Assembly (NCBI GenBank): GCA_000934665.2
Contig: JYFJ02000087.1
Coordinates: forward strand, 62,001 to 126,000
DNA: 64,000 nt
Origin: Catajapyx aquilonaris
Lineage: Eukaryota
Direction: 5' to 3'
The stretch's first letter is position 1; each line of letters begins with the position of its first letter. Below, one piece after another: positions 44,115-55,871 of this stretch. Made by a program: the position numbers and the translations under genes. The notes beneath the pieces were generated by a model. It searched no databases and was not told the DNA's origin. It was given only the letters and a program-made list of their open reading frames with translations.

Positions 44115-47100
44115 ATGGGTCACGAGTTGGAAAAGGAGAACCCAATAATTGTGGTCTCCAACAGACTTCCCTTTGTCCTTAAAAGAGACCCAGCCACCGG
44201 AAATCTTTCAAGGAACCAAAGGTAAGGATCTGCTCAATTATTGGGGGGGATTTCCTTTGTGAGTAGGCACGTGCCAAGAGGCAGTGCCATTGCTCTGGCA
44301 CAATGTAGCACCACAACTGCGAGGCTGCCAAGTGCCTAGGATTTAGTTAGGATTAGGTGCACTCGACACTATCTCAAGGTGTGCTACTAATTGTTACAAG
44401 CGGGCAGTAATAGCGAATGTTCAGGAATTTATTCAAAAGAGTAACGTGTTGTGAGGCACAATGCAACGCTCGGCTACATATTACATGTTCATATTGTGAC
44501 AATGTGGTGATTGGCCCCGAACGTGTTTATGCATATTACGGTAACACTACTAGTCTGATTAACCTCAAGGTCACATTTCTCTATAACGTCACAATTCACC
44601 TGTTGTTCCCACATGTGACTGTACAGCTACAAAAAAAAGTATGTTCGATAAACGCATGTGTTAAGAAGAGGAAAACGTAGCACTTAATTCTCACATGTAT
44701 CCAGATGAGCAAGTCAAATATTCGGTACATCGGCACCGAGCACAGGGGGTGTTGTCCTCTCCCCTACAACAAATTTTATGATGGCGGGGTTTCAATTACT
44801 TGGACTCTTTACATTTGAATTATTTCCAACAGCGCTGGAGGACTGGTGACAGCGGTCGCTCCTGTTGTGATCGAGTGCAAAGGACTGTGGGTTGGATGGC
44901 CAGGAATTTACGACATGGATCCGGAAGAGGTCGTTCCGGAGTCAGATCCAAACGACAAAGCTCCAACTGCAGGACTCAAGTCTAATCAGGTAAACATCTT
45001 TTTTTTCGGTCTTTGCAGTTACGCCAGATTTCATACAAGGTCTCAATAAGTACTTGTATCTCATCATACTGTACTTGAACCCTCGCTCCAATTTGATAAA
45101 ATAAATGGAGCTACATTGTATGGTAAACTTTCAATAGAATCCGGATTATTCCTAACACGGATCAGGAGTCAAAGTGATATAACCAGCAGATTCGATATGA
45201 GAAGTGGGTGTAAACATAATTATTATGGCTGGCATGGGCGTACTCAAAACTTCCTCCAACGCCAAGTTTGTTGTAATAAACATGTCGTTGTACGTTCATT
45301 AAACACACAAAAATAACATATTGGATTACGCACCATTCGGATTAACAAGTGGCATCCGATTAGGGGGTGGGCGTCGTAGCGAAAGAGTCAAGGGCAAAGC
45401 AATTACCCTCGGATGAAACCTGGCCTAATTGAATAGTCAAGAGACATCAGTAAATTGGCAGATCGAACATCCATAAATTGTGCAATTATTATCGCATCCA
45501 GCATCAAATAGCACCGTTAGCAACGCACCATTACTATTACTAGCCTTGTTTAAAAATTATCTGGTTAGAATATTCAGGTGTACATAGTTACATGAAGGTG
45601 CCTCGATTTTTATACAGTACCCAAAAAGTGAAAAATAACATGTAAAGCTGCCTATAGTGTATATCATTGTATTACAAAAGAATCAATATTTCAATGTGTG
45701 CCCATGGCTTTTTTCGCTTTCAGTAATTAATTTTCGCGCGTTACTAACGCAATTCCCGTCCTGTCCCACAGGTAGTCTGCGTTCAGGTGGAAGAGAAAAA
45801 ATTCAACGCATTCTACAACGGATGTTGCAACGCCACATTATGGCCCCTCTTCCACTCCATGCCGGACCGGGCGTTATTCAAGATTGAAAATTGGGAGGTA
45901 TGTCACCTGCCAAGTTTTTGTGCGTCGAAATTGGGATACGTGTGTCGTAATCAACAGGGGTTAACATTCTGTGCAATTTGTTTGATATATCCAGGCTTAC
46001 AAAGAGGTCAATGACGAATTCGCAAGATGCGCATTACAAGCTCTGAGACGCAGCGTGGAAGAGCTGGACAAGGCAGGTCGACACAATGCAGTTCCTTTCC
46101 TTTGGATCCACGATTACCACCTGATGCTGGCGGCAAACTCTATTCGTCAGGTAAGAAAAACACATCACCCTTTGACCCAATATTGGCAACAGCTTGCGAA
46201 TTTCGAAGCCGAATCCTTGACCCGGTAGTCAAGTTGATAACGTTTCGTGAACCGCGGTTTTCTATACTGAGTAAACAAGACTATCGCAAATATTGTTTTT
46301 GTACGCCCGGCTGATAAGCATTAATCTGCAGATTGTACTTTTTATAAGGACTATAAAAATCAGGCGCAAATTGTTTGTCATATAATTTCTGGACTAACGC
46401 CCAACTTATGGTTTACAGGTAGCGGAAGACGAAAACCTTCGCTGCAAACTAGGATTCTTCCTCCACATTCCCTTCCCAGCTTGGGACATCATGAGACTCT
46501 TCCCTTGGGATGACGATGTGCTCCAAGGAATTTTGGGTACGCGAATATATTTTATAATGCAATAATCTTTCATAAAAATGATGATGATGATGATGATGAT
46601 AAACTAACGCAATTTCTCCTCCTGACTTTAGGATGCGACTCGGTTGGATTCCACATTGAAGACTATTGCTTGAATTTCATCGATTGCTGCCAGCGGCGTT
46701 TGGGATCCCGAGTGGACCGCTCTCGCATGCTGGTTGAGCAGGGCGGAAGAACTGTTCAGGTGAAGGCCCTGCCCATTGGCATCCCTTACGATCGGTTTGT
46801 GGAGCTGGCCGAAGCGGCTCCGAAAGTCATCCAGGAGGAGAAGGACGAGCGGTTCATCCTAGGTGTAGACCGTCTGGACTACACCAAAGGACTGGTCAAT
46901 CGCATCAAGGCGTTCGAGCGCCTCTTGGAGAAGCATCCGGAGTACCTGGAGAAGGTCACGTTCCTACAGATAGCGGTGCCTTCCCGCACTGACGTCCGCG
47001 AGTACCAGGCACTGAAGGAAGAGATTGACCAGATGATCGGTCGCGTCAACGGAAGGTTCTCGCGTCCAAACTGGTCGCCCATCCGGTACATCTACGGCTG

Positions 47101-48592
47101 CGTGAACCAGGAGCAGCTGGCCGCATTCTACAGAGATTCCTCCGTGGCACTGGTCACTCCTCTTCGCGATGGGATGAACCTGGTGGCCAAGGAGTTCGTG
47201 GCCTGCCAGATAAGAGATCCTGGAGTCCTGATCCTGTCCCCGTTCGCTGGAGCTGGAGGCACCATGCACGAGGCACTGATGGCCAACCCTTACGAGATTG
47301 ACGAGATGGCCGACACCATGCACAGGGCTCTTCAGATGCCTCTGGATGAACGAGAGCTGAGAATGACACAACTGCGACGTCGCGAGAAGCTCTTCGATGT
47401 CAATTTCTGGCTGCAAAGAGTCCTGGAGTGCATGGCTCAGCTGGATGCGGAAGAAGAGGATGACGACACGTTCATCACCGGAAGGATGATGCCGCTTACT
47501 CTCCACGACTTTGACCACTATCTGTCCAACTACATCGACGACTCCTGCAAGCTCAGCCTCATCCTGGACTACGACGGAACCCTGTCGTACATCGCCAAGC
47601 ATCCCAACCTGGCCATCATGCCCGACGAGACCAAGAAGGTGCTGGAGCGTCTGGCCAACATGCCTGACGTCAACATCTGCGTCATCTCCGGTCGCAGTTT
47701 GGACAACCTGAGGCTGATGGTGGGCATTGAGGGCATCACCTACGCCGGAAGCCACGGCCTGGAGATCCAGCATCCAGATGGCACCAGATTTGTCCATCCC
47801 ATCCCTCAGGAATATGAGCAAAAGCTCAGGGACTTGCTCAAGGACCTGCAGGTACGCTATACTTCCATTATGACATTGCGCTTAACGTGAATATCGCACA
47901 GATGTGAACAGTAGGCTCTTCTTTCCCTACAGGACGAGGCGTGTCACGACGGTGCATGGGTTGAGAACAAAGGTGCTTTGTTGACCTTCCATTACCGGGA
48001 GACACCAATTGCAATGAGGGACACCATCGTGAAAAGAGCAACAGAGATCTTCAAGAAGGCCGGTTTCCAGCCTCACAAGGCCCACATGGCCATCGAAGCC
48101 AAGCCCCCTGTGAGGTGGGACCGCGGAAGGGCCTCAATCTACATCCTGAGGACCACTTACGGCGTGGATTGGTCCGAGCGAGTGCGCATCATCTACGCAG
48201 GAGACGACCTGAGCGACGAAGAAGCGATGCAGGCTCTGAGGGGCATCGCGTGTTCCTTCCGCGTCACGTCTTCTCTGGCAATCAGGACGGCTGCCAACTT
48301 CCGCCTGGCCAGCCCAGACTCAGTCCTGACCATGCTCAAGTGGGTTGAGAAGAGGATGAACTTGAGGGTGCCAAGGTCACCTCGAATGTCACCTCCGCAC
48401 ATGCCCAGTTTGGAGGGAATCCACTCCCACTTCAGTTTCGAGGAAGAGGACGACCCGGACTTCAGTGTGTCTTCCATCCAAAGGAAACGGTGCAACTCCA
48501 GAAACAGCAGTTTGTCCAACCCCAAAAACCTTAAAGCCATTGTGCACACGGTGGGACGCGGTTCTGATGAGTCCATCAACAAGGTGGTCTGA
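44115..48592 (+). CDS. Tps1: Bifunctional trehalose-6-phosphate synthase/phosphatase (GT20 + HAD); join(44115..44221,44833..44989,45772..45897,45995..46150,46419..46536,46632..47851,47933..48592), 847 aa
   Basis: GT20 motifs IIVVSNRLPF, SAGGLVTA, WVGWPG, FYNGCCNATLWPLFH, WIHDYHLML, GFFLHIPFP, GVDRLDYTKG and TPLRDGMNLVAKEFVA. HAD/TPP motifs LDYDGTL, ISGRS, AGSHGLE and GDDLSDE. Six GT-AG introns with consistent phases; 2544 nt total. Confidence 0.97.
46578..46600. repeat. (ATG)7 microsatellite in TPS intron 5
   Basis: Direct reading; it sits immediately before the branch-point-like ACTAAC. Confidence 0.9.
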
Positions 48593-49250
48593 CTGGCTGA
48601 TAGTGAACCCACTCTCTTGTGAATGAGACACTCGTATAGGTTAAGATGTGCCTTCTGCAGCTCGGTATTATCCGGACGAAAAAACAAATGTTTCCTATTA
48701 TAAATCACGTAGTTGGCAGATTATTTGGATTGAAAAAAACAACCTAATTTAGAAGTTTGGCGTAGTCTTCATAATTAATCATCAGTACATGCTAACTGTC
48801 AGATGTGGTTCATACTTTCTCTTGTAAGAAGAGAAAACACGCACTACACGCAGTTTCTTGCTCAGTATGGCCCTTTCTATAGTAAGTACCGGTATACAGA
48901 GTATAGGAAAGTTATAGACTGAATAATCTCGTTTTTGAACGAGATAAACTCTTTGTACATATATTTTATACATAGGTTAAGAAGCAGGAAATTACTCAAC
49001 TGTAGTCAAACTGTCGTAATTTATCGTCTTTTGTGTTTGTCCGTACCTGACATTTTGTAACAATATTGTTTTGCAGAACTGATGAATAGCATATAATTAT
49101 TATCATACTCGAGCTGCTATATCTTTTTCTTGGAGCAGTATGTAGACTTGTCTTGATGATTCCCAATTAGTACCGACAGCGATAGAACCTCAAATAACAA
49201 AACCCTTTAGAAAACCACTGTATTCAGAATCGTATAGGAAATTCAGTTGC

Positions 49251-49256
49251 AATAAA
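49251..49256 (+). terminator. Probable TPS polyadenylation signal AATAAA
   Basis: First canonical hexamer I found after the AT-rich 3' UTR, about 660 nt past the stop. Confidence 0.5.
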
Positions 49257-52200
49257 ATATTCAGACTGCAATATAACCGTCCTCTTCATTACAACCTTCC
49301 CCATATATAGCCTACCGTGACATTAAGGTGAGAAATGATATTTCCTTTATATCAACTGCACTCCAGCCGCATATATGGCACCTATTGTTGCTCTCTCTTT
49401 TTATCGTCAAGATTACTATACGGCGAGCAGTGTACAACAGCCTGAAGGGCCACCATATGAGAAGGCATCACTTCCAGACTCCCCTTGACATCGTTATATT
49501 GGCGCCCGACAGCAAAATATTCTAAGGCCTTGTTACGGGTACTGATCCGGAAATACTCTCAGGCATCTCTCCGCCATGATGCTCGGAACACCCTCATTGA
49601 TGGCCTCTGCATTCCAATATAGGGAGGATCATCTGACTGAATAGCGAGATAACTAACATTACAGCTTACAGCGTAGTATGACAATAATTCAGACGCTTCA
49701 AGGTAACGTCCCATCTCCTCATATTCGCAAATTACATAACTGCAAAATGGGGTCAGACCGGAGCAAAATATCCGAAGAAAGGCGAGCTGGTACTATACGT
49801 CATGGGCCCGTAATTACATCCCCAATTAAGCATTGGCTCCCGACATAGACTCAGTGGTAGACTAATTAAGCCGCAAGCGTCGGTGCTCCCCCATCAACAT
49901 GAAAATCGGGTCAGGCTGAAAGTCCCAATCGCGACAAAAAGGCTCCGACCGCAACCCTGCTGAAGTTCCTTCCTTTTGAATACCGGAATCGAACCGGAGA
50001 AGTTACATCTCCCTCGACCCTTAAATCTCTCCGTCGCGACGCAGAAACGACACTTATTAGATCAAGTGGCAAAAAAAAAGGTGAATCCTTACACCAACCC
50101 GAGAGTAGAAAACGCTTACGTCACCAGACACTGATGCCGGACAGACTCAGCATGATGGACCTGACACTTGCTGGTTGCTGCATTAATTAGGGCTGGTCAT
50201 CAAAAAATAATTATGTATGTCCTGCTGGCCTGTCGCTTACCAGCAAGTACAGAGCGTACTTACGCAAATGGGGTGTTTGCCTGTTGGGGAAGTTACTAAT
50301 TATTTTAATTCGCCTTCTCTCTCAATTGTTTTGAGTGGTTTCTAGACATGACAGCAGCAACTCCTTTTGAGTAAAAAATTAGCACTATATATTATACAAT
50401 AATTTATTACATACGCGAGGGGTCGGATATTCCCACAATTCCCTCAATATTAACACTGACTGACACTTTCAATGAATTCGCTCAAAATTCTTCGCATATT
50501 CACATATTCTTCCAGCGTATAAAATTTCCGAACTTTTGCAAGGACATATTAATTCCAGGCCTGACTATTGACTTTGCGCCACCAGATGTGGACGCCAACG
50601 ACGCCTTCGACCTTGCCCTCGCTTCACCTCCATTCCTATTCTATCCATGTTCTCCATTCTTCTAAGCCGGCAAATCCAAACTAATCCCAACTCCTTCAGC
50701 TCAAGTTTTCTCGTGGTACCGATACACCTCCCTGCAAGTCTTAACTCTTTTCAGGAGAAAAGAGGCTGCGGCAGGCCCAAATTATTTATACGGCTCATTG
50801 CAGCTTGGCTAAATTGCTTCCAACAATGCAATTAAGTGCGAGCCATTACTTTGCTTGACGGGACGCAATTATGCATAAGGCTGGAAAGTGAGGTAAATGA
50901 GGTGTAATAGGCCGTAACTTGAGTTTGGCTTCAGCGGACCGGTTTTTGGAAGGTATCCAACCTGCAAACAAGCCACTCGCGCGGCTTCTTCTTTTCTCTG
51001 ATTGCATCCTTCCAGGTCCACTCGGATTCTTGAGGGTCAATTGTCTCCGGCAACAGACGTGGTTGCGGCCTCGCCTGTCCCTCTTCATTCACTTCGGGCT
51101 GTCCTAAAGTGATCGATCTCAACAGTCGACCAATCACAAAGTGACGGAGAGAACTGCATACTTTTCTTATACGAGGCGCCTTTACGACACCAGTTTATTG
51201 AAACATTATTTGCAGTATGATGCTCGCCAGGTGCGAGAAAAATCTAGAAGCAAATTTTAATACACATTAAAGAATTCCACACTGTAACAAAATGTTATGT
51301 CCAATACAACGAAACTGAAAGTGAATTTGCTGACTTTATATGGAAATATCCGAGTGAAAAATATGATTAAGCTGAAGCACCAGGTTCCAGGCCCTGATGT
51401 TACTAAAAAGTTTTAGATGAGATTTTCTTACTTTCTTCTTCAGCACCTTCGCCTCCTGCTTTTTCGGCGCCTTTTTTCCACCTCTCTGATGCAATAATAG
51501 CCGCGGGCATTTCCAAGCGTTGCATAATGCTCTCCATCAGTTTAGACTTCAAGACCCTTTTATCTAACTTTAAACTTCAAAATCGCTGATCTCTCTGCAT
51601 TGCCAGTCAGTCCATGCTATTACCTCATCCAATATTACACTAGTCATTGTTTTCACACTTGAAAAACACAAATCTGGTAAAAACCTGCATGCCTTTGAAA
51701 AGTTTTGCCCATGCTTGTGACGAATTAAGCTTCCAATAACAATGCACCAGCTGCACATAATACTCATATTTTTTTGTTGAAAACTTCCCGCGTTCCATCA
51801 ATGCTCGGTTACAGCGTGCAGTTATATGGGGTTACCGTACCCATGAGAAAGTGACAGCAGCCGGCAAATCCCAGATTGAAAGAGTGGACACGTGACCCTT
51901 TGTGATGGCGCCCTTACATTACCGAGTATGGAACAAAAACCTAGAGAGTGTCCGATCCATTGTGCAGTCCTACTCAGTCATTTCCGAGGGAAAAACGGCT
52001 GCGGAGAGCTCCATTCGCCCGCATTTATGACACATAATTCGCATGAAGTGTGCTTCCAGAGGGCTTTTCATGTCCGGCAGACCCCTTTCTTCGCACTAAC
52101 TCATTCTTTTCCCTGTCAAACCACGAACATCCCGCCGAATGGGATTCCCCCCAATCTCAGCCGGGTCAGGGACGAAACAGCCTCAGTTTCTCCTAGGCCA

Positions 52201-55200
52201 AACGACCTCTACAATGTAACCTCACATATAAACATAAACATCCTTAGAGCCGGCGATGAATCAATTCCTTCGCCCCACAGGGTGTAACAGCTTGGGATAC
52301 ATCCCAGCTTGCTACAAAAATGCCATTAAATTTTTAGGTTACTAGCAGACACGTGGAAGGCAAACCATTCTCCTTATCTGTTCCAATACGATGCGCACTT
52401 ATCTCTGCGGGAACAAATTCTATACGGGCTGAATTCACTTTTTTTATTTTGACCATACACCACTGGTGCATAATCGATCACATCTTCTAGTTGACTGAGT
52501 TGTGACAAGCTTTATGCCCGGACTGCTATCATCCCGCTCATGAGGTTATCCTGGCTGTTAGGCTTTCGGGATAAACACAGGAGACGCATGGGTGGATCAG
52601 AGAACACAGGATAAGCACAGTAAGCAAAGATCGATTGAAATGCTGCAAAAATGCAAAAGATGGACTTTGAGTCAGTACGGAGCCCCGATTCTGGATGAAA
52701 TACTGTACAATATTGACCAAACTGCTTTCTCAATTTAAAAGAAAAAAAAATGTAATAAGCCCGCAAGGCCACTGTGAGTGAATGCTGGCTAAACCCAATT
52801 TTTTAAGCATGTATATACAGAAACCCTATATCAAAAAGGGGATGTCATTTTTCATTTGTACTCGTGCAACATAGATGCTGCTAATGCTCCTGAATATAAA
52901 GACGCAAAGGGAATGTCAGCTGATGCACAATGAGAAGCATCGAGTTTCGTGATTGGATTCACAAATCCCTCCGTATCAAATTTTTCAAAAAACGATTTTC
53001 GATTAAAGTACACGTGAACCTTTAATAAATCTGCTTAGGGACCCATCCCGACGTAATTTAATAACACCTGGAAGAGGCCGTGCGGAAGTATCTTCCCGAC
53101 CCTTCGTTATATAAAATATTGTGTGCCAAAGGCGAAATCCGTTAATGGCGTCCATCGACCCCGTCCTGTTTATGGAAATCCATAAATCACCCCGGGACTT
53201 AAAACTACCAAGAAAGGCAGAAACAACAGTATACGTCTGACTTGCTTGTTCCATCTTCGCTGACAAGCTAACCCTTGCGGCAACCTAAATAGTAGCTATT
53301 TGTGATGCTATAGGAAGGATTTCCCCTCATGCTTTAAGATGAGGCTTCCTCTCGAAAGGAAAAATTAGAACATGATAGAAGATTACATGTGGGCGAAGTA
53401 TTGTCATCATTGCTGCTCCCAAATTAGTAAGAGAAACGTGGGCAGAATATTGCGCTCTTGTTCACAAAATTAATTTGAGTATGACCAGAATTGCATTGCA
53501 TGGCTGTTACTATCAAGGAATTTCTAGAGTATAGCATGTAGTTGAAAAAGCTACTCTGGAAAAAAAATCCTTACTAAATGTAGTAAGTTACATTAAAGAT
53601 TTTACGTGAACTTATTGCTTACGCGCCAACTGGCTAATAAGCACGCACCAACTCTTAGCAATTAAATAATTAATATGCGGAAAGGCCCTCGCGAATTCCA
53701 TCTCTGGTACAAAGGACATCACGTTTCAGAGCTCATTATTTTGCCGAGTATATTAGCGCACACCAACTTGCCAGGTCTCTAATCATGACTGACTCTCAGG
53801 ACCATTTGAATGGCTATTGTTGAACCGGTTGATATTTGAATGTGGGGGTTTCCCTTTGTAGAGCGAACGCAGGCGCCATGAGTTCTCTTGGCCTGTTCTA
53901 TCTCTAAGCTCAGGCAGACCGGTTGGGATCAGTCAGTGGCTGGTGGAGGGGATGGGAGAAGAGACTTGCTGAGACGACCTTCTTCAACGTGAGTCGAATA
54001 CTTTCGCTGCATTCACCCAAACCCTTTCAATATATCACCCCCATCTCCTCATTATTAGCAAGGTGTTTATTAGCACTATTTTAAAGTTGCGCTTAATTTG
54101 ATTTTTAAAATGTGAAGCATGTGCTTCTGCTTTAATCCACCCAGGTCGTTAGTGGTAAAGCGGTGGTGCTTGGTCGAGGCATTTTTGCTGCCCAAATTTC
54201 GAGTAACACACTGCAATGGCTTGTGGTACTACGCTGCAACACTTTCCTTCTTGTCGGCATAAGCTGTGTAAAAAAAAAGGCGGTTTCACGCTAACTTTTG
54301 GCGATAGACCAACCCGAGTGCAGTGTAGCATTGTATACTTTTTGAATTCGGTCCAGGAATGTTGAATCTTATAATTGAGTATTGTATTTCTCAGCATCGG
54401 CCAGTTTGGTGTCAATACTTGGTCCAGCTTTATTGCATAATTAAAACCGCAAAGTGTATACATCAGATATAAATGAAAAAGCAACACCATAATTCGCTGG
54501 CCGATAAACCCGCTTTGAATGTGTGTGTCAAGCTTACTGCTGGCTTCCAGTCCCTAAAGCATATTTGCTTTGAGTAATCGGCAAATCACTCGGAATAATT
54601 GTTGTCATTAAATCAGCCTCAGTAATTTTAAATAATTTTTTTCCCTCTGCCTATTCATCGGGAGGAGTGGAAGTGAACAGTATTTACATATACCCTGCAG
54701 CCCAGGATTGTAAAATCGTGCTCACATGAATTCTCTCTATATCCCTGCACGCTTTTCCACCCGGTGAGCACATATTCCAGGACTCTAAGGCCTAATCATG
54801 TCAGTAGCCGAAACTCACCACTAAATCGCGCATCACAACCTGCTCCTACATGTCCTAGCCATTTGCGGAGATTGCACCATGATTTCGAATCAGCCAGGAA
54901 TGAACAGCAGCTCTAATGCAAATTGTACGCGGATAATAAATCCATTTTGCATGCTCACATATGGACCGCTTTATGCAAGTCACTTAAACCGCGGTGGCTA
55001 TTTTTTTTTTGCAACATGTTAATAATTATTATGGTAACGTAATGCGCACAGGCTGAACCAGGCAGTTTTGCTAGTGTCAGTGTAATACAGTCCAATACTG
55101 GATTGGCCAAATTTCATAAAAATGTAAATGTGATATCATGGGAATATAGAGAAATCCAGTTTGTCAAAATAAATGTTTCAGGTATAATACATAATTAAAG

Positions 55201-55871
55201 GCAAAGATTTGAACTTACGTTACTTTCTTACACGCTATAGTGAAGATAGAAAATTCTGGCTTCATGGCCCCTTATGAATCCTTAGGAAGAATTGGACTTC
55301 ACCATGTCATAGAGCAGAAAAAACCTTATTTAATGGCGTAAATAACTCAAACTGACATATTGGGTGGATTTTACTTGTATATCCACGATATATGCTGAAC
55401 ATTGTGCACAATTACGCATAACTCATCAAGTCTCTTGCGTACATACTTTAAATAAATATTCAGATGGTCCTGATGTTATGGAGACACATTGCCTTATCAT
55501 GCACGGCAGCAATTGGAACATAATGGAGCAAGAAGTGGCAGGGTTAACTTCATTACGACCCATAACGCCCAAACTAAAACGAAAAACAATCCCCAGTACA
55601 GGTATATTTTAAACACTGATTCACTGTATAATTGATCCCCATCCCAGTTTACCCTGTCCACATACATTAAAATATTAGCCTGAATGCCCTGTAATATTAA
55701 TCGACCTGTGGGATTGCGGGTTGGTGCACAACAAAGCTCCAATTTTCCCCCCGTGCACAGGCCTGGTCATCAGGAATGGCCCGGGGAAGCAATAACCCTC
55801 TTCTCGCCAAGTGAGACGAGAAGAAGAAGAAAAAAAGGGGGGGAAGAAAGGTCAAAGATTGGGAGGAAGGG

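Noticed and set aside
46964..48708. Antisense ORFs (285 aa and 171 aa) over TPS exons 6-7
   Set aside because: Same codon-bias shadow; no recognisable protein.
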